A DNA stretch of 64,000 bases from Octopus vulgaris (GCA_951406725.2 OX597832.1:5332001-5396000), one strand, 5' to 3'; counted from the first letter of the stretch, positions 12,535-23,870 are shown. Numbers and translations: made by a program. The notes: generated by a model not told the origin, from the letters alone.

Positions 12535-13440
12535 TTACCGTTTTGGGTGACCCTTAAGTTTGCAGTCCTACCCGCCGCGCCTCAACCTTATACATGCTTA
12601 TAGTGCTGACCAAACCCTCACGCCCAGCAGCTAACAATATGTGTTCTATCAAAACGTGCTTTTGAATTTTGACTAAAAGGGCTCAAGCACATGAACTCGA
12701 GCGTCCTCAACCACACATGCTCTCTTCTATGAGATATCTGAGTTCAACCTGAGCAAGAAGACGGAGAACTCGGTATTCTTTATTCGTCACTATTATCCAA
12801 TGTGAGAACAGGATTTTAATTTATTGTTTTTACAGTCAATTATCTGTTTTCAGTAATTAGCCAATTCGTTAGTCTTTTACAGTGCACGAAGGGAGCTAAC
12901 TCCTTTTGTGCGCATATTTATTGGTGTTTTTGGTTCCCCAGTAGTGATCGAAGGAAATTACTAGAAGTCTGGAGAATTTGTATTCACAATCATAAATATG
13001 ATGAGTTGAAACCTAAAAAATATAAACATCGGTTACGTTGTAGGCAGCATATCTCTTATATAATCCAGAACCACGAAATGTAACAAAATGAATTTAAAAG
13101 GAAATGGAAAGCAATTTATATATTATTAAGTTTCACTGTAGGTTAAACAAAAATTAAGAAAACGGACAGTTTTATGAGTTTTTTTTTTTTTTTTTTGGCT
13201 GTTCCTCTTAGAAGACGTACCCAACTTCCATCTCCATTAGATCAGATTCTTATAAAACATTCATTAATCAGTTCGCGTAGAGTGTCCCTCGGTGTCTATA
13301 GTTTCCACAATAGTTGCTGAAGAGTCAGCATACGCAGAAGAGACGAGGGGAGATAACTTTGACAGACCAAGCGCATAACACTGAATCGTTACGATAGGTG
13401 ACCATTCAGTATCATGTACCAAGCAAATGTCACTGTACAT
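12535..13440. promoter_or_regulatory. Candidate unmethylated promoter / non-coding first-exon region
   Basis: Apparently unique, CpG-retaining sequence right at the edge of a CpG-depleted domain; GC-box-like CCCGCCGCGCC; possible minus-strand donor ACG|GTAAAC near 12538. Inference only. Confidence 0.3.
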
Positions 13441-13442
13441 TT

Positions 13443-13572
13443 AAAGCGGCGAGCTGGCAGAAACATTAGCACGCCGGGCGAAATACTTATCGGTATTTCA
13501 TCTGTTTTTTACGTCCTAAGTTCAAATTCCGCCGAGGTCGACAAAATTTCGGGCCTTGTGCCTAAAGTAGAA
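13443..13572 (+). mobile_element. SINE family A, internally deleted, CpG intact
   Basis: GCGGCGAGCTGGCAGAAAC...TTCAAATTCCGCCGAGGTCGAC joined directly to the tail GGCCTTGTGCCTAAAGTAGAAA. Confidence 0.8.
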
Positions 13573-13816
13573 ATGACAGATTCTGTCATTTCAGTTCTCC
13601 ACAGTCACAATACAGAGGAAAATTACTTGCCCTTCCCGGCCAAAGGAAAGCAAACGAGCGATATTCACAACTGATTCAGCCGATTGCCAGTTCCATTCCA
13701 AACGCCACATCTGTTTGACATAACACCAAATGCTTGGACATTGGAAAATGTGTATGTAGAATGGTTTCATCGTTCTACATGCATCTAGGACAGGCACTGG
13801 CTGACAGCACTCTAAC

Positions 13817-13982
13817 AAGGGCGGACCCAAACGGGATGCATGAAGGACACGCGCCCCGCCACCCGCTTCAAGAAAGGAAGCGCACCCTTCTAAATAATAT
13901 TATCACACCCCTTTTCTCCTGGAATTGTATTTTCTTCTGGCCTTGTGCCCTCCCTTTGAAAAATTCCTCAAAACTGCGCCTA
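13817..13982 (+). mobile_element. GC-rich MITE, second copy inverted at 16737-16903
   Basis: GCACCCTTCTAAATAAT.TTAT.ACACCCCTTT.CTCCTGGAATTG..TTGTGCCCTCC shared in opposite orientation; imperfect AGGGCGGA..C / G..GCGCCT termini. Confidence 0.65.
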
Positions 13983-14199
13983 CTTTAATACACGAAGCAT
14001 TTATCTGTAACCAACAATATCCGCCTCCCTCTGATATCGCAAGGCCAAGAATTTGTGTAAGCTTCATATTCCCCAGTTTGAAAATTCTCCGGAACAAATC
14101 CTCTTATGTTCAGTCTCGTCGACAGCCAAATTTTCTGCAACAAAGTTATCATACATTCTCACCCCTAGTCCTACGCAGAATATTAATAACAATAATCTT

Positions 14200-14335
14200 G
14201 TTGAGTGTTGAGAGGATTTCAACACACGAATTCACAGCCGCCAAGTATTGGTGGTCGACTCTGTCGAAAGTTTTCAACCCATATGAGTTGATCAGGTTCC
14301 CACTCGTGCTTGACTCCTTACCCACTCTTTCCATG
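14200..14335 (-). mobile_element. Tx1/L1 RT fragment
   Basis: ORF 14149-14334: LINSYGLKTFDRVDHQYL matches the RT motif LxxLDxxKAFDRVDH. Confidence 0.65.
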
Positions 14336-14807
14336 AAAATTGAGTTTTATTGGGGAACACTCCGATTCCTGTGGTGCCAAATAAGAGAGAGATTACCGCA
14401 CACACACACATTTTATGGCGATGGCTCTCCGTTGTTCGCCAAGGATCAACTGAATTACCTGCCCCTGAATTAAGACGCAAGCATCTGAGCATTTCGCAGA
14501 GTATCGTTAACCAAATACACAACCAAATAACAACAACAATAATAATAATCATTTTTCAAATGAGTGTTACTAATTTCATCTGTATTCTTAATGAATCATT
14601 CATATATTCCATTTCCGTACCAAAGCTTATTTACACAACATTGTAAAAAGTTTTACTTGTATGCTTGTTCAATTTTGAAGGACTTTTCTTAGATTCCCAG
14701 TGTAAGGGAAGTAATCATTGTATATCTCAACATGACTCAGTGACAGTGGGTGTTGTTTCCCTTGAAATTCTGCAGAAACACTGCTTATTCTGACTCAAAA
14801 TTTGGTG

Positions 14808-14854
<47 letters not shown>

Positions 14855-14908
14855 AGTGCTCTGTATATCATAACTAATAATATTGCTGAGTAAATGGTTG
14901 ATTAATCT

Positions 14909-15140
14909 GTTTCTTTATTACCCACAAGGGGCTAAACATAGAGGGAACAAACAAGGACAGACAAACAGATTAAGTCGATTTCATCGACCCCAGTGCGTAA
15001 CTGGTACTTAATTTATCGAACCCGAAAGGATGAAAGGCAAAGTCGACCTCGGCGGAATTTGAACACAGAACGTAACGGTAGACGAGATACGGCTACGTAT
15101 TTCGCTCGGCGTGCTAACGTTTCTGTCAGCTCGCCGCCTT
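14909..15140 (-). mobile_element. SINE family A variant with alternative (Tx1-like) 3' tail
   Basis: Family A head and core, then tail ...GTCCTTGTTTGTTCCCTCTATGTTTAGCCCCTTGTGGGTAATAAAGAAA; TSD GTTGATTAATC on both sides. Confidence 0.85.
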
Positions 15141-15269
15141 AAAGTAGTTGATTAATCACTGTACTGAAAGGTGACTGGATACATATTGATAATCTAATTG
15201 AAGCTCTAACTCAAACTGTAGTAGTCGTACATCTAACTGTACACCCCCCTCATACAATGTGTATATATA

Positions 15270-15775
15270 TCTATATATATAAAACTCTAGTTATGTGAGT
15301 GTCTGTCCCCTTCGATTTAGATTCCTAACTCCTCCCACATTTTGCAGTGCAGTTTAACCAAATTCGGGTATCTTATAGTCGTGATTCATATCGAGCCCGT
15401 CTGACTATTAGCGCGCGTCAACGATGAGTCTACGATTTTAAAAATAATTTAACATAATTTTTTATTCCATTTTAATGCATAAAATGCATCGTATGTCGAT
15501 GGCGGCGGAGTTGGCGTCCACGCTCACAGCTGCACCTGTTTGCTTCTCCCCCTTCCCTCCCTCGTGAAGCTGTGGGGAAGGGAGTGTAAAGAAATCAACG
15601 TCGTAATGCGTTGTGAAGGAAACCAGCGTTCTTTTAGAACAACGACTTCATGGCTTGAAGACACCAAAACAAAAATGGCTAAGAAAGCCCGAATTTATAA
15701 GGGAAGTAACTCTCTAAAAATGCTTATATAGTTATTTCCCTTACAAACCCGAGCAACGCCGGGCGATACTGCTAG
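15270..15775 (+). mobile_element. Non-autonomous Helitron
   Basis: A|TC 5' end (TCTATATATATAAAA), subterminal hairpin CCCGAGCAACGCCGGG, 3' CTAG|T, no TSD. Confidence 0.8.
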
Positions 15776-15794
15776 TATATATATATATATATAT

Positions 15795-16006
15795 AAAGTT
15801 AATCCAAACATGAAAACACAAAGAGAAAACACAACAACGCGAGGACGTGGAACAAGTATAGTGTTATTGGACGCTCAGGAAAGGAAAGAAAGATGGAGGA
15901 TTTAACGTTTCGAGTGGAGCTCTTCGTCAGAAACATAGGAAAAGGAACGATCCAAGGAAGGGAAGACGGAGGAAAAAAATCGCTAACGATACACACACGG
16001 TCACAT

Positions 16007-16010
<4 letters not shown>
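15795..16010 (-). mobile_element. Penelope-like terminal repeat fragment in (TA)n
   Basis: Flanked by (TA)n on both sides; contains a minimal hammerhead motif. Confidence 0.65.
15899..15934 (-). ncRNA. Minimal type I hammerhead ribozyme motif
   Basis: Minus strand GUUU-CUGACGA-A-GAG(CUCCA)CUC-GAAA-CG-UUA-AAUC; palindromic AACGUU stem III. Confidence 0.65.
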
Positions 16011-16058
<48 letters not shown>

Positions 16059-16736
16059 GTACTAAAATAAAATACTGTACTTGTATTTTAAGTTAATAAA
16101 ACTTATTTTTCACATAAATTATACTATTATTTCTTCCTATTTCTCCCATTTCCACTGTATTCATAATATTAATGATAATACCGATGTATATAGAGAGTTT
16201 TAATAAATTTTGTAAAGTGCTATGGTAATTGAAAAAGTGATGATCAGATACCTGGAAAATTGAATTATTGGAGAACACTCCAGGTCCTGTGGTACCAGAT
16301 AAGAGAGAGATTAATGTATACACACACAAACACACACACACACATTTTATGGTGATGGTTCTCCATTGTACGCCAACAGGGTTCAGCTGTTCAATCAACT
16401 GAATTACCTGCTCCTGAATTAAGATGCAAGCATCTGAGCATTTCGCAGATGAGTGTTACTAATTTCATCTGTATTCTTAATGTAATTCTCAGACAAAACC
16501 AACATTACACAGTATGTGAGTGCCTTTTGAATTGAAGCTGCAGTCTGCTCGGTGGGCTTCATTACAGTTTCCATATATACAATTTCAGTCACAAGATATA
16601 GATCAACTAGAGGCTATAAAAAATACTTAGCCCAGGGTCAATCAGACAATACTGTGCCAGTAGTAGGTTGCTTTTATTTTGCTGCTTATTAGACAGGTGT
16701 GGCTGTCCAAGAATTGGAACCATGATCTTACGGTCA

Positions 16737-16903
16737 CAGGCATGATCCCAGGAATTTTTCGAAAGGAGGGCACAAGGTCAAAAGAGAATGCAATTCCAGG
16801 AGAAAGGGGTGTAATAACATTATTTAGAAGGGTGCACATCTTTTCTTGAGGATGGGGGGGCATGTGCTCCTCAGTCCCCCTCCTATCCATGGGTCCATCC
16901 CTA
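16737..16903 (-). mobile_element. GC-rich MITE, CpG-decayed copy of 13817-13982
   Basis: Reverse-complement similarity to 13817-13982. Confidence 0.6.
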
Positions 16904-17059
16904 GGTCGTGTGAATAACAATTGAATCACTGGGCCATGCGCCTTCATACTTTTCACACTAATACATACGTATGCATGTAATGTATGGATGCATGTTCTCT
17001 TTTTCTTTTCAATTTGGATTAAATGTTGAGCAGCCACCTGATTGGTTGCAAGGTTGTGA

Positions 17060-20000
17060 AAGCATCTTGTTTTAACCATCATCCTTTAAATCTTAAGGTC
17101 TTGTAGATTTTTATAGTCCCAGATATTGCGATCATTTTTAGCAAATGAATTAAAGATTTACATTCTCTCTTCGAGATATCCCAAAGTCAACCTTACTTTG
17201 CTGCAGGTGGGCTGGAATGTATCCTGTTGCTCCAATAATAATAGGTATGAAGTTGAAAGTGTATCTTGGGTACTAGATTTGCAAACTCCTTGTCAATGGT
17301 TCATTGATGTCCTCTTTCTCTTGTATTTTTCTAATGACATTGGTGTCAAGAGGGCAGTTGATTTCCACAAAGAACATATCTTTCCTTTGTCATCCTACAC
17401 AATATTATCTGGCTGCCTACATCTTAACTTGGTGGCTGTTTTAATTTTGAAGTTCCACCAATGTTCTTTTGACCCATCAGTCTGAATATGGTCAACTTCC
17501 TCTGTATGTGTTTCCTATTTTGCTATCCTGTTCCAGACTGTTTTGGCCACTGCATCATCCCTCATGGGAAGATAACTGGAAAACATTCTCTCATAGTTGC
17601 CAAGAATGTAGTGGATGTCTTCAGTCTTGTTCTTGCATAGCCTACATTTATTGTCTGTCAATATTTTCTGCCTTTTATTCTGTAGGTACTTGCTGGGAAT
17701 TCTTGCTCTTATTTTTGAATTGCATGAAGGTAGCCTTCAAAGTGGGATGTCATAAACTCATTGCAACTCCCTTCCAAGTTTTTGACACAATCCCTTCTAT
17801 AATTTGTGTTTTTTATGCCAAGTACTCATGTAGTATCTTCTCAGTGAATTGGTCCACTTCTTAATTTTGTTCTGATAAATAGATTTTACCAATGCTCCTT
17901 GGGGAGAGATCTGTTTCAACTTGTATTTCATACTTCCCTTCAAGTTCATTAGCTATCTTAATTATGTTGATTTCATGGTCACAAACTTGGGCAAGAGAGT
18001 TATTGGTCTCTTTCCTCTGTTGCAGATGTTTCAGTGTCCCAATATGTGCTTCATATGGCATCAAAATAGATTTAAGACCACGGCCACCATCCTTGCATGG
18101 GAAATATAGCCTGTCTACATTTCATTGATGTTGAAGCTTCTTATAACACTGAGTGGCTTGTGAGTTTGAACATCTACCTCATTGAGTTCTAATAGTGACT
18201 AGATCAGAAGGCCAAATGTGGGGACAGGCATTGCAAAGGTGTTGTGGGCAATATGCTTGTTGTAAGCTGAGAGTTCTGATTACCATATTCTCTTTACTCT
18301 TCTGAAGTATTCATTTCTGGTCCTCTTCTTATTAATAGGTCTATAATATTTGACATTCTCATCTTGACCAAGATTCCTATAATTGTCATCTGACTGTAAC
18401 GGCTGTATTGTGAAGCCTTTCATTTTTAAGTTTTCAAAGGAGAGCACAACTTTTTCACATTTTATCATGAAAAAATGCACATTTGGACTCAACAAATGTC
18501 ATTCCAATGCCTGTAGAAAATTGGATAATGAGCTCCAGTTGTTTTTTTTGTTTATTATGTGGTTGATATTTAGCACATACAGTTTCCAGTCGTTGACAAA
18601 AAAAGGATGGAATATACTTCTAGATCCATTTCTATGGCTGCTACGTTTTGTGAGCAGGTATGATAGTGGGTTCAATGTGAGGACAAAGAGCAACATCAAC
18701 CGGCTATCACCCTGAAAGATACCTTTTTGGTAGTGAATGCAACCTGACTCAACTTGCCACTTGTCACTAAGGAGAAAAGTGGTACACCATGTCTTGGTCA
18801 GGCATTCAATAGCACTCACAAGTGGTTGTGGGGCTTTGTAAAGCCCTGATAATCCACCCATGTGGTTTACTATCAAAAATCATCTGGTGGTCCAGCCACA
18901 TTGCGGTTAAGTTCCTGCAACTTTTTTTTTTACTGTTTTACCTGGATCATTTTGCTAATTAGTAGCAGTCCAGCATCCCCTTCTTTCTCCTACTTGCTCA
19001 GGTATTATAATGTTGTTGTTGGTTCAAGGATCCTTCAAGAACAGATTGTATAATTTGTATAATGTGTAATTTGCACATGTTCTGGCTACCAATTGGATGG
19101 TAATTTTTAGTAAGGGTAGTTTGGTTATTTTGGGGGATAAGGAAAGTAGTTGGGACAGTTGTGGAAGTTCTTGCATGCCCTTGATACTTCTCTAACCAAC
19201 CGTATGAAATCTTGCCAATAAAAGGTGAGAATCTTCAGTCAGTAACCTATTTTGAGCCTGGGGATTTTCTGTTTGACATTTTCCCTAGAACTGTTTCAGT
19301 ATTTTGCCGTATATTTCATAATCCTTTTGCTGATCATGCTGGCAAGAAGCCCTGCTCCATTTCTTTCAGTCATACAGCTTGTTTGTTGAAATCATCACTT
19401 GTTTCCCATACAGATCTCCAGTAATCCTCAACCTGATCTTTTGTGAAGATGTCTTCCACAAAGACTGAGCCTTTCATATTGTAGCTGTTTGAGATCTCAA
19501 GCAAATGATTTATTAAGCAATTTTCATTTATATATTTACATACTGTAGGGTTATATTTTATATATTTACATACTGTAGAGTTATATTTTAGCTTTTCCGC
19601 TAAGTTGTTACTATCAGTGGGATGCATTTTTGTAAGAATAAAAGTTCCTTTTTTTTTTATTTTTTGGTATTTTTTAAACCTTACTGGTTCAGGCTTTCTG
19701 CTTGAATTTCAATTGCATAGCTTCAGCTCTTTACAATACACTAGAGATGTAATAACTCTGAGACACACCAAAAGGTTAATGGTTTTGTGGGTTCTTTTCA
19801 TATCTGTGGAATGTGTGGTCTTCAGATATTTGCTTGCTATTTCATTTACTGTCTTTAATTCTAATTCACTGGGTTCATTACTTATACTGGTGTTGTTTGA
19901 CCTTTCATTCAAATTAAAGTTATGGACTTGTTGAAATATATCATTCCAGATCACTTGTAAGGTGTCCACAAGTCTTTGGGGTTTTGTTTGTGCAGTGTAA

Positions 20001-20400
20001 GTATGGATTTCATCTAAATTGTTGGTGTGTTGTTTGTTAGATTTAGCTGACTGTTTTATCTGTCCCTCATTGGAAGTGGAATAATTATCTTCAATGGCTG
20101 GCGTTATAGTGTCCACGTGCTTTAAGCCTGACATTTCCATTAGAGGTATCAATTTACATTTTGCTTATTCATTTATGTGTCTTAGAGAAAATTTAATTCT
20201 GCATGTTTGGAGTGCCACAAAGTTTTTACCCTTTGCATAAAACCAAATTGTTGGAGGTCTGATTGTATATATGCTTTATATAAATTTTTGTTAAGATTGT
20301 AGGTCCATTGTATACAGTGATTGTGGTCATGATGGTTGAAGGAGTCTTATACATTTAGCCATGATGATTTTGTCTATTCATTGATATTCAAATCTGAAGT
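17060..20400 (-). mobile_element. Decayed R4/Dong-like non-LTR retrotransposon
   Basis: KGIFQGDSRLMLLFVLTLNPLS..FFVNDWKLY (RT), YRNLGQDE, GGRGLKS, PDNIV..EINCPLDTN..FIPIIIGATG (RLE); heavily mutated. Confidence 0.85.
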
Positions 20401-20464
20401 TGTTCACAAGTTCGATAATCTTTCCTTTGAGGTTGTTTTAATTCTACAATTGTATTACTGTTTA

Positions 20465-20841
20465 CTGTTTTATTGGTTTCAGTCATTTGACTGCGGCCAT
20501 GCTGGAGCACCGCCTTTAGTCAATCAAATCGACCCCCAGGACTTATCTTTTGTAAGCCTAGTACTTATTCTATTGGTCTCTTTTGCTAAGTTACGGGGAT
20601 GTAAACACACCAGCATCGATTGTCAAGCAATGTTGGGGGGGACAAACACACACATATATATATATTTACATATACATATATATGACGGGCTTCTTTCAGT
20701 TTCTGTCAACCAAATCCTCTCACAAGGCTTTGGTTGGCCTGAGTCTATAGTAGAAGACACTTGCCTAAGGTGCCATGCAGTGGAACTGAACCTGGAACCA
20801 TGTGGTTAGTAAGCAAGCTGCTTACCACACAGCCACTCCTA
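20465..20841 (-). mobile_element. SINE family B (tRNA-like head, CORE-like, internal microsatellite)
   Basis: Reverse complement of the full copy at 47971-48375. Confidence 0.85.
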
Positions 20842-20969
20842 AACATACATATTGAGTGTTCTTTTTTTTTCCTTTTTTCGTGAATTGTTTTGAAACATTA
20901 CTCACAGCACAGTATTTGTATATGTATTTTAAGATGTAAGTATTGTTTATATGATTATGTTTCAATCTA

Positions 20970-21650
20970 CACTATGAAACGGGGATTACTTTGAACAGTT
21001 TTAAACTTCTTATTGCAATAATTTCATAACCCTTTTTTTTCAATCTTAACTAAATTTGACTATGTTAGGGGGACTAAATAAGTAAACTAGTATATGAAAT
21101 AAAAATAAGTTGCAGTCAATATTTGATTATTTTTTTGATATACTCGTCACTGATCAAAGTAATCCCTGATTTGGGGTTATTTTGAACAGTAATGTTTTTT
21201 ATCAACAAATACGAAATAAAAGTCAATGAACAGCTTTAAGTGTTATAGCACTAAAGAAAATGTCACACAGTTATCACTAAGTCACATTTTATATTCCCTA
21301 TTCTTGTTCAAGGTCAGGGAATCAATAGAAATCCCTGTTGTTCAGTGGAATCTCTTTTGTTTTCATTTCCACCACATCTTCCCAGTCGTAGATGAGTTTA
21401 TCCTCCTTCAGTGGCCATCTCTACCCTATCTTTTGTCAATGATGACACAAGTGCTCCATCACTTGAAGTAGCCGTACCCAACTGGATGTCTTCTGTAATG
21501 TGGTTCTTCGTATCGTTGCCCTGTTCACTTTGACTGGTCACGGTGCATCTTTTTTCCGACTGTCTTCGTTGCCAACTTTACACTGACTGTAGTCCCCGTT
21601 CCCCTGACTTCATACCAACTGCTCACATCTCCACGTGTTCATTCACTAGT
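20970..21650 (-). mobile_element. pogo-like DNA transposon 3' remnant
   Basis: Minus frames GALVSSLTK..RWPLKEDKLIYDWEDVV..NRDFY resemble pogo-type transposase C-termini; repeated GGGG(A/T)T(T)A(C/T)TTTGAACAG subterminal motif at ~20981 and ~21173. Confidence 0.5.
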
Positions 21651-21943
21651 CTGTGTAGCCCACCTCAGTAAAAAAAACGCAAAAGAAGAAAACGTGCAGC
21701 ATGCTTTAAATCAGTCACGTGATCAATGAACATTATTTCTCATTAGAATTAATTATTGATCCATTATTGGGTTTATTTTGTAGAACTAGAAAACAGTATT
21801 TCGATTTCGAGTAGTATCATTTGAAATTATATCTATCAGAATATTTTCCTTCGTAATAATATATTGCCTAGAATATAAATGGGAAAATACTGACAAGTTA
21901 GATACAAGATTGCTAACACTGACTTCTAATCCCAAAGTTAATC

Positions 21944-22424
21944 TTAACGTCTCGTAATATCAGTTTTCCCTTTACTTTAAACAAATTACAATTTCTTTTT
22001 TAGTACAAATCATTAGTAAATCGGTGTATTTTCTCTTAATTCTTTTAATCATTCTCAATACATTTAATTAAGATAAACGTATTTGACGTCATTATTAATG
22101 GCACAGGCACGGTATATAGATAGTGTGTATATGTGTGTGTGTGATTCTATGTATGTATGTATGTATGTATGTATGTATGTATGTATGTATGTATGTATGT
22201 ATGTATGTATGTACGTGATTTGACATGACCTTAGATTGACGTAAGGAGTTGTATAGAGTACGAATAGAAATATAACAAACATCGATTGAAAAAGAGAAAA
22301 AAATATGAAAAAAGAGATGAAATGAGGAGAAAACCTGCAACAGTGAAAAGAGGAGAAAATATGGGAATAATAATGTTTTGGACGATCATATATTATATTG
22401 ATATAAATACACTCAATATTGGTT
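21944..22424 (+). repeat. Local direct duplication, copy 1
   Basis: Near-identical to 26259-26690 apart from a few substitutions and (TATG)n length. Confidence 0.95.
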
Positions 22425-22830
22425 TCAAATTTTGGCACAAGCTAATCAAGTTTGGGGGCGGGGAGGAGTTGAGTTGATTAGGATCTTTACATTTTGACCG
22501 GCAGATTTAGAAAATAATTTTTTGTAACTAAACACTTTCAAACTTCGGACACTGGTAGAATGTGTCATATAAAACATCTTTTACTTTTAGTGTTTTTGAG
22601 AAAAGTTTATATTTACAAAGTTATTTCGTGTTAAAGTAGTCGTATTTCGTTAATTTCAACCAATCAATGACGTGTATTCAGCTGAATAAAATTACTGCCG
22701 TTGTTTGTCAACAACAACTATCGGTGGTGTATATTTCGTTTGTAATAAGTAATAACATATTTATTACTGGAGGTAATGCGTTAATATATAAGGTTAATTG
22801 AAGGAAAGCTTGTAACATTACATGCTCCAT

Positions 22831-23870
22831 GTAAGTGAGGCGAACGTGCGGGTGTGTGTATGTGTGTGTATGTGGGAGGCCTGACTCAATGCCGGTCTAA
22901 GAATCGACAGACTGAGTAATTTGTTTATTTGCCTATTTAAGGCATACATAGATATAACAAGAAGGAGGGGAAAAGCACCATAAGGGAGCACCTTTTGCCT
23001 TCACACAGAACCTCGAATGGCCTCCGCAGGTAGCTGTGCAGGCCATAACGTTTGATATGACGTTTGGGCTGAAGGGGCTCAATGAGGAATATCGCTTGTA
23101 CCCGGGCAACGCTGACACGGAACTCGATACGATTTTGAAAGAGGCGTGGAGGATGGTAGAGGATGCGGGCACAAGTTATTTTGAGGGTGAGTTATAAATT
23201 GTGGCTCTGTGTGACACAAACATTTGATAATAGGCACTTCGCTTTCTTTCTGAACTCCCGGCTGACAACGTGGTCTGCTCTGCAGGTGGCTAGATATTTG
23301 ACTGGGGGTCCGGAAAGAGGAGGAAGGGAAAAGTGATAATGTATTTTTTGTGTTTGGTTGACATGTTGATTTTTATGTAAGAGTAAGGTCTCCATGGCTA
23401 GGGGACGAGGAGTGGCTTTCGCAGGTGACTACGAAGATCATATCGGATGTCGCTATGGTCAGAGTAATGAACACCTTCTCAAAGGACATGTTTAGATACG
23501 CCTCGAGGGGCCCCGACCTAGAGCTGGCGCATTGCCTAAGGGAAGTGTAAGCCAGGTCTGGAAAGAGGGGCTTTGTGTATTGTATTTATATTTATTATAT
23601 GTAATTATTGAACTATGTTGTTGTTTGTAATGGACTGTTAAGTCCAAAAATTGAAAAGTTATAAAAGTTGTAAGAGGTTTAATACCTCGTTTTGTGTTTG
23701 GTTTTAAAGAACAATGTTTTAGAGAAGCAGAAGTCGGCGGGTGCTTTTTGTCTTCTCCCATCCTTATCATCTTTCTTTCATTATCATTCATTTCATTAAT
23801 GTCCTTGTCCAGCCCGCAAAGCTACTTTACTCTATGTACTGCCTTTATGGCAAATGTAATGAAATAAAGA
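22831..23870 (+). other. Orphan GC-rich gene-like cassette (candidate exons 23009-23186 and 23382-23550)
   Basis: Splice-like signals CAT|GTAAGT, CCTTTTGCCTTCACACAG|, GAGG|GTGAGT, TCTGCTCTGCAG|; open frames of 59 and 55 codons; AATAAA at ~23863. No recognisable domain. Confidence 0.3.

Noticed and set aside
12600-12630. CCAAACCCTCA as a telomerase RNA template
   Set aside because: Does not match CTAACCCTAA, and no other telomerase RNA features are visible.
22480-22745. Block that looks like a familiar interspersed repeat
   Set aside because: Single copy in this window with no diagnostic termini, so it cannot be classified here.
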